Below are positions 1 to 8,272 of a stretch of 64,000 bases of DNA, piece by piece. The notes beneath the pieces are model-generated. The model was given only the letters and a program-made list of their open reading frames with translations. It had not been told where the DNA came from and ran no database searches. This DNA comes from Acidimicrobiia bacterium. Lineage in GTDB: Bacteria > Actinomycetota > Acidimicrobiia > IMCC26256 > JAENVU01. The position numbers were made by a program, and so were the translations under genes. Location: assembly GCA_036502405.1 (NCBI GenBank), contig DASXYP010000084.1, positions 6,560 to 70,559 on the forward strand, in the 5' to 3' direction. Within the stretch, counting starts at the first letter, position 1. The number at the start of each line of letters is the position of its first letter.

Positions 1-1
1 G

Positions 2-958
2 TTCGACCAGGACGGCGTCGAGACCCGCCTCAAGTGCCTGCTCCCCGACATCGCGGGCTACGTCGTGAGCACGCAGGCCCGCGGCGCGGACCTCCTGGTG
101 CAGCCGCTGCCGAACTCGATCAAGAGCCTCGGGGTCGGCGCGATGAACTACATGGCGACGAAGTTCGCGCAGGACAAGGATCACCTCGGGGTCCTCACCG
201 GCGACATCTCGACGACCAAGATCGTCGCCGACCAGGACGCCGAGGCGGCCAAGGCGGCGGGATGGAAGATCGTCTACAACGACCAGTACCCGGCCGCGGG
301 TGTGACGGACTGGACGCCGTACGCGCAGGGCATCAAGAGCGCAGGGGTGAAGGGCCTCATCTGGGTCGGTGAGCCCGAGAACCTCGCCGCGCTGATGAAG
401 TCGCTGAAGAACATCAGCTACAAGCTCGACTTCGTCCGCACGGACGCGAACCACTACGACCAGAAGCTCATCTCGATCGCGGGTGACGCGCTCTCGGACC
501 GCAACGTCTTCGTGCAGAGCTCCTTCTACCCGCTCGAGAAGGCGAACAAGTCCAACGCCACCGGTCAGTACCTCGACGCGTTCAAGCAGTACAAGCCGGA
601 CGGGAAGAGCAACACCTACCTCGGCCTCCAGGCCTGGTCGGCCTGGCTGCTCTTCGCCAAGGCCGCGAAGGCGTGCGGCAACGACCTGACGCGGACGTGC
701 ATGTTCGACAACGCCAAGAAGGTCACGTCCTGGACCGGCGGCGGGCTCCACGCCACGACGGATCCCGGCGCAGGCACGTCGAGCGACTGCTACGCGCTCG
801 AGCAGGCGACACCCGGCGGCTTCAAGCTCGTCACCGACAACAAGCCGAACGACGGGATCTTCAACTGCACCCCGAAGAACGTGTACACGCTCAAGGGCGA
901 TTACGGGAAGGGCGTGACCCTGCAGGACGTGGGCCAGAACATCTCCAACATGAAGTAG
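2..958 (+). CDS. ABC transporter substrate-binding protein, branched-chain amino-acid (LivJ/LivK-like) family; 5' end outside window
   Basis: Frame is open from the window edge to the stop at 956-958. The sequence looks like a type I periplasmic-binding protein and sits directly upstream of LivH/M, LivG and LivF-type genes. Confidence 0.8.
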   Translation, partial: FDQDGVETRLKCLLPDIAGYVVSTQARGADLLVQPLPNSIKSLGVGAMNYMATKFAQDKDHLGVLTGDISTTKIVADQDAEAAKAAGWKIVYNDQYPAAGVTDWTPYAQGIKSAGVKGLIWVGEPENLAALMKSLKNISYKLDFVRTDANHYDQKLISIAGDALSDRNVFVQSSFYPLEKANKSNATGQYLDAFKQYKPDGKSNTYLGLQAWSAWLLFAKAAKACGNDLTRTCMFDNAKKVTSWTGGGLHATTDPGAGTSSDCYALEQATPGGFKLVTDNKPNDGIFNCTPKNVYTLKGDYGKGVTLQDVGQNISNMK

Positions 959-977
959 CCGGCAGGAGCCGAGGACC

Positions 978-3149
978 GTGGACAAGTTCCTGACCTTCAC
1001 GATCGTCGGCCTCACGGTCGCGTCGATCTACGCGATCTTCGCCAGCGGCCTGGTCCTCACCTACACGACGACCGGGATCTTCAACTTCGCGCACGGCGCG
1101 GCCGGAATGCTCTTCGCCTTCGTCTACTGGCAGCTGCGCTTCGACTGGGGATGGTCCGCCCCCCTCGCGCTCGTGGTCGTGCTGCTCGTGCTCGCGCCGC
1201 TGTTCGGGGTCCTGCTCGAGCTCGTGATCATGCGTGGGCTCCAGAACACGACCGAAGCCGTGAAGCTCGTCGTGTCGATCTCACTCCTGCTCTTCCTGAT
1301 CGGCTTCGCCCAGCTCATCTGGGAGCCGGGCGTGAGCCGGCCGATGTCGACGTTCTTCTCGTCGAGCGCACCGATCGATCTCGGGCCCACGACCATCACC
1401 ATCCATCAGGCGATCACCATCGGCGTCGCGATCCTCGTCGCGGTCGGCCTCCGGCTCCTGCTCACCCGCACGCGCATCGGGATCGCGATGCGCGCCGCGG
1501 TCGACGACCGCCCGCTGTCCACCCTCAACGGCGCCCGGCCCGACCGGACCTCGATGCTGGCATGGGCCGTCGGCACCTCGACCGCGGCGCTCGCCGGGAT
1601 CCTGATCGCGCCCGGCCTCGCGCTCGACGCCGCGTCGCTCTCGCTGCTCATCGTGAGCGCGTACGCGGCCGCGATCTTCGGTCGGTTGCGCAGCCTCCCG
1701 CTGACCTTCCTCGGCGCGGTCGTCGTCGGGCTCACCGAGGGCTACCTCTCGGGCTACCTCCCCCAGAACCAGTTCCTGCCCGGACTGCGGATCGCGAGCC
1801 CGGCGATCATCCTGTTCATCGTCCTGCTCGTCCTGCCCAACCCGAGGCTGCGTGGGCGCATGACCCGCAGTCGCGAGTTCTTCCCGATGCCGACGATCCG
1901 CGGTGGGCTCTCGTTCGCGGTGGCGATGGTCGCGCTCGGCATCGTCATGGCCACCACCCTGTCGACCCCGGACCAGCTCACCTACGGGAAGCTGTTCTCG
2001 ATCGGGATCGTGGCGCTCTCGCTCGTCCCCCTCGTCGGCTTCGCGGGCCAGATCTCGCTCTGCCAGCTCTCGTTCGCGGGCATCGGCGCGGTGGTCATGG
2101 CCCATCTCGGGGCCAGCGGCGACCCGCTCGCGCTGCTCTGGGCGGTGCTGATCGCGGCCGCCGTCGGTGCGGTCGTCGCGCTTCCCGCCCTTCGCCTCTC
2201 CGGCATCTACCTCGCGCTCGGCACCGCGGCGTTCGCCGTCGTCCTCGACCGGTGGGTGTGGAACCTGCCCAAGTTCCAGGTGTTCGGGTGGTTCCAGGTG
2301 AACCTGTTCGCCCAGGGGTCGGTCGACGTGCAGCCGCTGAAGGCGTTCGGCACCACCTTCGACGAACCCGACTCGCAGATCATCCTCGCCTCGGTGGTGT
2401 TCGCGCTCGTCGCCCTGCTCGTCATCTTCATCCGCCGCGGCAAGCTCGGGCGCCGGCTGCTCGCGATGAAGGACAGCGAGGCGGCCTGCGCGACCCTCGG
2501 GCTCAACCTGCTCGGGACCAAGCTCCTCGTGTTCTCGGTCTCCGCGGGCATCGCGGGCCTCGGCGGTGCGCTGTACGCGATGCAGCTGACCTCGATCCAG
2601 CCCGGCAACTTCGACCTCGTGACCAGCCTGCAGGTGTTCGCACTCTCGGTCGTCGGCGGGATCGGGGCCGTCGGTGGCGCGCTGTTCGGCGCGTTCTCGC
2701 TGTTCGTCTTCCTCCCACTCCTGGTGGCGCTGCAACCCGACCTGCTCCGGTGGGTCGGCCTGCTGCCCGGGCTGACCGGCATCGGGCTGGGCCGGAACCC
2801 GAACGGCGCGGTCCACGACATGCGCGAGGGCTTCCTCCCGCTCCTCCAGTACCCACCCGCGCTCTACGGCATGGTCGTCGCGCTCGTCGCGATCTACGTC
2901 CTGCGCATCACCGACGTCATCACGAACTGGCCGTTCGTGGTGCTCATGGGGGTCGCCGTCGTCGCCGCCACCCTGGTCGCGAGCCTGCTCCGCCCCAAGG
3001 CGGTCGAGGAGGCCGCGGGCGACGTCGAGGAAGTCGTGGACGTCCCGCTCGAGTGGCGCGGCATCGACCGTCCGTGGACGGACGCCGACGTCGAGGAGCT
3101 GGACCGCGCGATCGGCCTGGAAGGGGTGTCGGTCCATGGCTCTGCTTGA
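978..3149 (+). CDS. Fused LivH-LivM type branched-chain amino-acid ABC transporter permease (723 aa)
   Basis: GTG start 20 nt after the SBP stop. The N-terminal half is LivH-like (TYTTTGIFNFAHGA) and the C-terminal half is LivM-like (LVGFAGQISLCQLSFAGIGA, SGIYLALGTAAFA). Polytopic hydrophobic profile throughout. Confidence 0.85.
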   Translation: MDKFLTFTIVGLTVASIYAIFASGLVLTYTTTGIFNFAHGAAGMLFAFVYWQLRFDWGWSAPLALVVVLLVLAPLFGVLLELVIMRGLQNTTEAVKLVVSISLLLFLIGFAQLIWEPGVSRPMSTFFSSSAPIDLGPTTITIHQAITIGVAILVAVGLRLLLTRTRIGIAMRAAVDDRPLSTLNGARPDRTSMLAWAVGTSTAALAGILIAPGLALDAASLSLLIVSAYAAAIFGRLRSLPLTFLGAVVVGLTEGYLSGYLPQNQFLPGLRIASPAIILFIVLLVLPNPRLRGRMTRSREFFPMPTIRGGLSFAVAMVALGIVMATTLSTPDQLTYGKLFSIGIVALSLVPLVGFAGQISLCQLSFAGIGAVVMAHLGASGDPLALLWAVLIAAAVGAVVALPALRLSGIYLALGTAAFAVVLDRWVWNLPKFQVFGWFQVNLFAQGSVDVQPLKAFGTTFDEPDSQIILASVVFALVALLVIFIRRGKLGRRLLAMKDSEAACATLGLNLLGTKLLVFSVSAGIAGLGGALYAMQLTSIQPGNFDLVTSLQVFALSVVGGIGAVGGALFGAFSLFVFLPLLVALQPDLLRWVGLLPGLTGIGLGRNPNGAVHDMREGFLPLLQYPPALYGMVVALVAIYVLRITDVITNWPFVVLMGVAVVAATLVASLLRPKAVEEAAGDVEEVVDVPLEWRGIDRPWTDADVEELDRAIGLEGVSVHGSA

Positions 3150-3870
3150 GGTCCACTCCGCCACCGTCCGGTTCGGCGGGAACATCGCCCTCGACGACGT
3201 GAGCATCGAGGCGGAGCCGGGTGTGGTGACGGGGCTCATCGGGCCCAACGGCGCGGGCAAGACCACGTTGTTCAACGTCGTCACCGGGCTCCTGCCCCCG
3301 AACTCCGGCCGCGTCGTGCTCGACGGGCGCGACATCACGAAGACCAACCCGACCCGGCGCGCGCGTCTCGGACTGGCCCGCACGTTCCAGCGCCTGGAGC
3401 TGTTCAGCCTGCTGAGCGTCCGTGAGAACATCCGCGTCGCAGCCGACATCCGCAAGGGCTACGCGCGTGACGGCAGCAACCCCGCCGCGGTGGTCGAGGA
3501 GATCATCGAACGGGTGGGCCTGGGTGCCGTCGCCGACGCGCGCGTCGATTCTCTGCCGACCGGGCAGTGCCGACTCGTCGAGCTCGGGCGGTCGCTCGCG
3601 ACCCGCCCGAAGGTGCTGCTCCTCGACGAGCCGGCATCGGGTCAGGACGAGGAAGAGACCGAGCAGTTCGCCGTGCTGCTCCGCCAGCTCGCGGTCGAGG
3701 GTGTCGCGGTCCTGCTGGTCGAGCACGACGTGCAGCTCGTCATGTCCGTCTGCTCGGTGGTCCACGTGCTCGACTTCGGCAGCATCATCGCCCAGGGCAC
3801 CGCCTCGGAGATCCAACGTGACGAAGCCGTCCTCGCGGCGTACCTCGGGTCGGGCACGGCGACGCGGTGA
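3136..3870 (+). CDS. ABC transporter ATP-binding protein, LivG-like
   Basis: Walker A GPNGAGKTT, LDEPASG (Walker B) and an H-loop VEHD. Overlaps the permease 3' end by 14 nt. Confidence 0.9.
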   Translation: MALLEVHSATVRFGGNIALDDVSIEAEPGVVTGLIGPNGAGKTTLFNVVTGLLPPNSGRVVLDGRDITKTNPTRRARLGLARTFQRLELFSLLSVRENIRVAADIRKGYARDGSNPAAVVEEIIERVGLGAVADARVDSLPTGQCRLVELGRSLATRPKVLLLDEPASGQDEEETEQFAVLLRQLAVEGVAVLLVEHDVQLVMSVCSVVHVLDFGSIIAQGTASEIQRDEAVLAAYLGSGTATR

Positions 3871-4562
3871 ACCTCCTCGAGCTGCGCGACGTGCGCGCCG
3901 CCTACGACCGCATCGAGGTGCTGTTCGGCATCGACCTCGCGGTCCCCGAGGGCCAGGTCGTCGCGCTCCTGGGTCCGAACGGGGCCGGGAAGTCCACCAC
4001 CCTCCGGGTCTGCGCGGGCCTCCACCCGCCGAGCGCCGGTGACGTCCTCGTCGCCGGCCGCCGGGTCAACGGCGCCCGGCCCGAGGACCTCGCGCGCGCC
4101 GGGCTCTGCCTGATCCCGGAAGGGAAGGGCATCTTCCCGAACCTCACGGTGCGCGAGAACCTGCGGATGATGACCTACACCGGTGCCGCGCTCGGGAAGA
4201 TCGAGGAAGAGGCCTACGGCCGCTTCCCGAGGCTCCAGGAACGCCGGAACCAGACTGCGGGCACGATGTCGGGCGGCGAGCAGCAGATGCTCGCGATGGC
4301 ACGCGGCCTGGCGACCGACCCGGCGATCCTGCTCCTCGACGAGCTGTCGATGGGACTCGCTCCCATCATCGTCGAGGAGCTGTATGGCATCGTGGCGCAG
4401 ATCGCACGCGAAGGGGTCTCGATCCTGGTCGTCGAGCAGTTTGCGAGCACTGTGCTCGGCGTCGCGGACTTCGCCGCGATCCTGGTCCACGGGCGCGTCG
4501 CGCGCGCGGGCCCACCGGAGACGTTGCAGGACGAGCTGTCGAAGGCTTACCTAGGGGCATGA
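3867..4562 (+). CDS. ABC transporter ATP-binding protein, LivF-like
   Basis: Walker A GPNGAGKST, signature MSGGEQQML, Walker B LLLDELS. GTGA start/stop overlap with the upstream ATPase gene. Confidence 0.9.
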   Translation: MNLLELRDVRAAYDRIEVLFGIDLAVPEGQVVALLGPNGAGKSTTLRVCAGLHPPSAGDVLVAGRRVNGARPEDLARAGLCLIPEGKGIFPNLTVRENLRMMTYTGAALGKIEEEAYGRFPRLQERRNQTAGTMSGGEQQMLAMARGLATDPAILLLDELSMGLAPIIVEELYGIVAQIAREGVSILVVEQFASTVLGVADFAAILVHGRVARAGPPETLQDELSKAYLGA

Positions 4563-4930
4563 ACGGGAGAACGGACAGGATGATCGAGTCGAGCGAGCGG
4601 GTCCAGGAGTTCAAGACCGAGATCGACGCGATGAAGGTGCGTGACCCGTCCGCGGGCCGCGACCGCGTCTGGCTCCGGCTCGGCATCGCGCTGATGGTGG
4701 TCGGCCTCGGGTTCGCGATCTACGCGTACTTCATGTCGCACGGGACCTCGGACCCGCTCACGCAGAACGACGCGGTGACCGTCTCGCTGATCGGGGTCAC
4801 GCTCGCGATCGTCGGCGGTGCGCTGTTCCTGCGCTACTCGCTCGCCGCGTTCATGCGCTTCTGGCTCGCCCGGTTCATCTACGAGCAGCAGGCCCAGACC
4901 GACCGGGTGGTCGACAAGCTCGGGAAGTAG
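4559..4930 (+). CDS. Small membrane protein (2 predicted TM helices), function unknown
   Basis: ATGA overlap with the LivF-like stop. Two hydrophobic segments (LGIALMVVGLGFAIYAYF, VSLIGVTLAIVGGALFL) and high GC3 in this frame. Confidence 0.6.
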   Translation: MNGRTDRMIESSERVQEFKTEIDAMKVRDPSAGRDRVWLRLGIALMVVGLGFAIYAYFMSHGTSDPLTQNDAVTVSLIGVTLAIVGGALFLRYSLAAFMRFWLARFIYEQQAQTDRVVDKLGK

Positions 4931-4940
4931 CCGAGCGGCC

Positions 4941-5062
4941 GCGATCTGACCCCGGCCGCTCAGAGGTGAGCTGAGCGGCCTCAGTCGCGGTCACCGCAGC
5001 CGCAGCTCGGTGCGGTTGCTTCCCGCACGACGCGACCTGACCCCGGCCGCTCAGAGGTGAGC
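4941..5062. repeat. 31-bp direct repeat pair (30/31 identical), 91-bp period; the second copy contains the aminotransferase stop codon and last codons
   Basis: GCGATCTGACCCCGGCCGCTCAGAGGTGAGC at 4941-4971 and GCGACCTGACCCCGGCCGCTCAGAGGTGAGC at 5032-5062. Confidence 0.9.
4954..4980. terminator. 10-bp perfect stem hairpin between convergent genes (possible bidirectional terminator, no U-tract)
   Basis: GGCCGCTCAG-aggtgag-CTGAGCGGCC. Its 5' arm can alternatively pair with GAGCGGCC at 4933-4940. Confidence 0.4.
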
Positions 5063-6211
5063 AAGCCGCTCGACCGCCTCCGCGAGCACCTCGGGTCGCT
5101 TGCAGAAGGTGAAGCGCACGAGCGACCGGCCCGCGTCCTGGTCGTCGTAGAACACGGCGTTGGGCACCGCGACGACGCCGCAGCGCCCGGGGAGCGCCCG
5201 GCAGAACGCGATGCCGTCCTCCTCGCCGAGGGAGCGGATGTCGGTCGTCACGAAGTAGGTGCCCGCGGGGCGGAAGACGGTGAAGCCCGCGGCCTCGAGC
5301 CCGGCACAGAGCTGGTCGCGCCGCCGCCCGAGATCGCTGCCGAGTCCCCGGATCCGCTCGTCCGTGAGCGCGAGCGCGGTCGCGATCGCGTGCTGGAACG
5401 GGGCGCCGTTGACGTAGGTGAGGAACTGCTTGGCCGTCTTCACCGCGTTCACGAGCGGCGCCGACGCGCACACCCATCCGATCTTCCACCCGGTGAAGGA
5501 GAACGTCTTGCCCGCCGACGAGATCGTGACCGTGCGGTCGCGCATGCCGGGAAGCGTCGCCAACGGGACGTGCTCACCGTCGAAGACGAGGTGCTCGTAG
5601 ACCTCGTCGGTGACGGCGAGGAGGTCGTGCTCGATGCAGAGGGCCGCGACGGTCTCCAGCTCCGCCCGCGAGAAGACCTTGCCCGTCGGGTTGTGGGGCG
5701 AGTTGAGGAGCAGCAGGCGGGTACGCGGCGTGATCGCGGCGCGCAGCGCGTCGGGGTCGAAGTGGTAGTCGGGCAGCTGCAGGGTGACCACCTTGCGCTG
5801 CGCCCCCGCCATGGCGGTGCACGCGGCGTAGGAGTCGTAGTACGGCTCGAACGTCACGACCTCGTCGCCCGGCTCGCACAGCGCGAGCAGCGACGCGGCG
5901 ATGGCCTCGGTCGCGCCGGCGGTGACGAGCACCTCGGTGTCGGGATCGAAGTCGAGCCCGTACCAGTGGCGCTCGTGCTCGGCGATCGCATGCCGGAGCT
6001 CGGGGATCCCGATGCCGGGCGGGTACTGGTTGTGGCCGGCGCGGATCGCCGCGATCGCGGCCTCCGCCACCTCCTCCGGGCCGTCCGTGTCCGGGAACCC
6101 CTGACCCAGGTTGATCGCCCCGGTCCGGAGGGCCAGCGCCGACATCTCCGCGAAGATCGTCGTGCCGAAGCCCTGCAACCGCGACGTCAGGTACGGCGCG
6201 CGGTCGGTCAA
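5051..6211 (-). CDS. PLP-dependent aminotransferase class I/II (DapC / kynurenine-aminotransferase-like)
   Basis: Motifs INLGQGFPD, NSPHNPTG and SAGKTFSFTGWKIGW (PLP lysine region). The track ORF extends to 6448, but its first ~79 aa overlap the upstream DUF3054 gene and are low complexity. TTG at 6211 is the only start codon just upstream of the conserved N-terminus and lies 4 nt after the upstream gene's stop. Confidence 0.85.
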   Translation of the reverse strand: MTDRAPYLTSRLQGFGTTIFAEMSALALRTGAINLGQGFPDTDGPEEVAEAAIAAIRAGHNQYPPGIGIPELRHAIAEHERHWYGLDFDPDTEVLVTAGATEAIAASLLALCEPGDEVVTFEPYYDSYAACTAMAGAQRKVVTLQLPDYHFDPDALRAAITPRTRLLLLNSPHNPTGKVFSRAELETVAALCIEHDLLAVTDEVYEHLVFDGEHVPLATLPGMRDRTVTISSAGKTFSFTGWKIGWVCASAPLVNAVKTAKQFLTYVNGAPFQHAIATALALTDERIRGLGSDLGRRRDQLCAGLEAAGFTVFRPAGTYFVTTDIRSLGEEDGIAFCRALPGRCGVVAVPNAVFYDDQDAGRSLVRFTFCKRPEVLAEAVERLAHL

Positions 6212-6215
6212 CGAC

Positions 6216-6605
6216 TCACCGGACGGGCGCCGGGCGCCGAACCCTCGCGGCGCCGAGCCACACCGCTCGCCAGGCGAACGTCGTGAGGCAGTTGAACAGG
6301 AACAGCACGATCGTGAACACCGAGAGGTAGCCGCGGTCGGTGAAGGTCCCGCGCAGCAGGGCGTCGAGCAGTGCCGCGACGGCGACGGTGCCGACGAGCC
6401 GGAGCCACCACCAGTCGGAGCGGACGTAGACGCGGGTGACGAGCGCACCCACGATCCACCCGACCGCGAGCGGCCACAGGACGGTCAGGAACCAGCCGAC
6501 GCCGGTGCTGTCGAGGTCGTGCTGCTCGCGACCGATGGCCACGAAGACCACGAGGCACACGGCGTCCAGCACGGGCGCGACGCGACGGAACGGCAGCGGG
6601 GTCAC
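6216..6605 (-). CDS. DUF3054-like integral membrane protein
   Basis: The C-terminal 129 aa of track ORF 6216..6890 form 4 hydrophobic helices. GTG at 6605 follows the sulfatase stop (6644), and the upstream part of the ORF overlaps the sulfatase gene. Confidence 0.6.
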   Translation of the reverse strand: MTPLPFRRVAPVLDAVCLVVFVAIGREQHDLDSTGVGWFLTVLWPLAVGWIVGALVTRVYVRSDWWWLRLVGTVAVAALLDALLRGTFTDRGYLSVFTIVLFLFNCLTTFAWRAVWLGAARVRRPAPVR

Positions 6606-6643
6606 GGGTCCGAGTCTCGCACGGCCGGTGCGCTCTCCGTCGG

Positions 6644-8173
6644 TCAGCCGACGCCGCCGACGACGCTCTTGGGCGGGTACTTGGCGAACGTCCGGACGTG
6701 GTTCGCGATGCCGCTCTGGAACGCCTCGAGGTACGCGAGCTTCCGAATCATGTAGCTGCGCGTCTCCTTGGGGTCCAGGTACAGGTTGTAGAGGCGCCCA
6801 TAGGTGTACTTCTGGGTGACTCCGCTGAACCCGCCGATGTTCATGACGTCGCGGTCGTCGTCCGAGGTCGACGCCAGCATGAACTTCCACTCCGCGACCC
6901 GGAGTGCGGAGAAGGTGGAGCCGAGCCAGTAGTAGAGGTACTTGCGGTTCGAGTCCGCGTCGTCACCGAGCAGGAACGAGGTCTGGTCGACGCCGTCGAT
7001 GTACCGGTCACTCGGGATCGACGCCTCGGCGTCGGCGAGGTGCAGGAGCGTCGGGAACCAGTCGAGGAGGGAGAAGAGACCGTCGGACGCGCGGTCCGCG
7101 CCGACCATGCCCGGCCACGACACGATGCCCGGCACCCGCTGGCCGCCCTCCCAGGTGGAGCCCTTCGAGCTCCGGAACGGCGAGTACGCGGCGTCGGGCC
7201 ACGTCTCCATCTCGGGCCCGTTGTCCGAGGTGACGAAGACGAGCGTGTCCTCGAGCTGGCCGGTCGCGTCGAGCTCGGCGACGAGGCGACCCACGATGTC
7301 GTCGAGCTCGACGATCGTGTCCTTGTACGGGTGCTTGGCCGGCGAGGTGCCGAGGAAGCGCTCGTGGGGGTAGTTGTCGAAGTGCGCGCCACGCGTGCAG
7401 TGGTAGAGGAACCAGGGCTGCTCCTGCGCGCCCATGCGCCGCAGGAAGTCGAGCGAGTAGTCGGCCCACTTGTCGTCGAGGAGCGAGAGCACCGGGATCG
7501 TGACCTCCTCGACGTTCTCGAGCGGTGCGCCCTTCGCGGCGTGGACGAAGCAGCGGTTGAACGGCTGGTTCTCGATCCAGCGCGTGCGCTCCTCGCTGTA
7601 CGCGACCTCGGGGAAGAAGTACGGGTCGCGCCACTCGGTGTACATGTCGGAGACGCTCAGGAAGCCGTAGAAGTCGTCGAAGCCGACGTTCTGAGGCTGC
7701 GAGTCCTCGTTCTCGCCCATGTGCCACTTCCCCACCGCCTGGGTCACGTACCCGGCGTCGGCGAGCAGCTGCGCGATCGTCACCTCGCCCTGGAGCCCAC
7801 CGGGCTCGCCGTACATCGGCGGCCGCAGGAGCCCGTGGCGCATCGGCAGCCGTCCGGTCATCAACGAGGCGCGCGACGGCGTGCAGGACGGCTCGGAGTA
7901 GCACGACGTGAGGAGCAGGCCGTCGCGGGCGAGCCGGTCGATGTTCGGGGTCGCGGCGCCGACCGCGACACCACCGCCGTAGCACCCGAAGTCTCCCCAG
8001 CCGACGTCGTCGAAGACGATCATCAGCACGTTCGGACGCTTCCCGCCGTCGCGGAACGCCCTGAGCCGCTCCGCCGCGCTCGCCTCCTGACCGGCGTGGA
8101 CGAAGCGCGGCTCGAGGTGCTCGGCCGCGCGCACGGTGTCGGTGACGATCGGATCGTGGGCCATGTCCGGCAT
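6644..8173 (-). CDS. Arylsulfatase-family sulfatase (Cys-type)
   Basis: Sulfatase signature SCTPSRASLMTGR (C-x-P-x-R formylglycine motif), N-terminal NVLMIVFDDVGWGD and a C-terminal sulfatase-fold motif GKWHMG. Confidence 0.9.
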   Translation of the reverse strand: MPDMAHDPIVTDTVRAAEHLEPRFVHAGQEASAAERLRAFRDGGKRPNVLMIVFDDVGWGDFGCYGGGVAVGAATPNIDRLARDGLLLTSCYSEPSCTPSRASLMTGRLPMRHGLLRPPMYGEPGGLQGEVTIAQLLADAGYVTQAVGKWHMGENEDSQPQNVGFDDFYGFLSVSDMYTEWRDPYFFPEVAYSEERTRWIENQPFNRCFVHAAKGAPLENVEEVTIPVLSLLDDKWADYSLDFLRRMGAQEQPWFLYHCTRGAHFDNYPHERFLGTSPAKHPYKDTIVELDDIVGRLVAELDATGQLEDTLVFVTSDNGPEMETWPDAAYSPFRSSKGSTWEGGQRVPGIVSWPGMVGADRASDGLFSLLDWFPTLLHLADAEASIPSDRYIDGVDQTSFLLGDDADSNRKYLYYWLGSTFSALRVAEWKFMLASTSDDDRDVMNIGGFSGVTQKYTYGRLYNLYLDPKETRSYMIRKLAYLEAFQSGIANHVRTFAKYPPKSVVGGVG

Positions 8174-8206
8174 CGTCGCCGCCGCCTCCGCCGGGCGTCA
8201 ACCGCC

Positions 8207-8255
8207 CTTCTCGGCACGCTGGACCGCCTCTGGCGCGGCTGAACGTGCCGAGAAG
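8207..8255. promoter_or_regulatory. 12-bp perfect inverted repeat with 25-nt spacer in the divergent sulfatase / acyl-CoA ligase intergenic region
   Basis: CTTCTCGGCACG (8207-8218) and CGTGCCGAGAAG (8244-8255). The 3' arm ends 18 nt before the ligase ATG. Confidence 0.5.
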
Positions 8256-8272
8256 CGGGTGGAGCGAGCACG

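Noticed and set aside
1281-3455. 724-aa minus-strand ORF antisense to the LivHM permease. Similar very long ORFs occur at 8198-9784 (-), 9775-12150 (-), 17307-19313 (-), 28662-30650 (-), 39756-42194 (-), 49912-52617 (+) and 54993-57548 (+).
   Set aside because: Their translations are Arg/Pro/Gly/Asp-rich low-complexity strings with no family motifs. Each lies antisense or out of frame to an ORF with clear family signatures. Long stop-free wrong frames are expected at this GC content.
4941-5062. The 31-bp direct repeats as target-site duplications of a mobile element.
   Set aside because: The 60 bp between them encodes nothing transposase-like and has no terminal inverted repeats. A local duplication of the gene end explains the pattern better.
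5051-6448. Full-length 465-aa version of the aminotransferase ORF. Similar N-terminal extensions occur on the ORFs at 6216-6890, 13137-14159, 19105-21507, 22699-23871, 32037-33536, 37493-40012, 46976-48562, 49777-51075 and 61225-62763.
   Set aside because: The extensions overlap upstream genes, are low complexity, and precede internal starts that match family N-termini, SD sequences or 4-nt stop/start overlaps.
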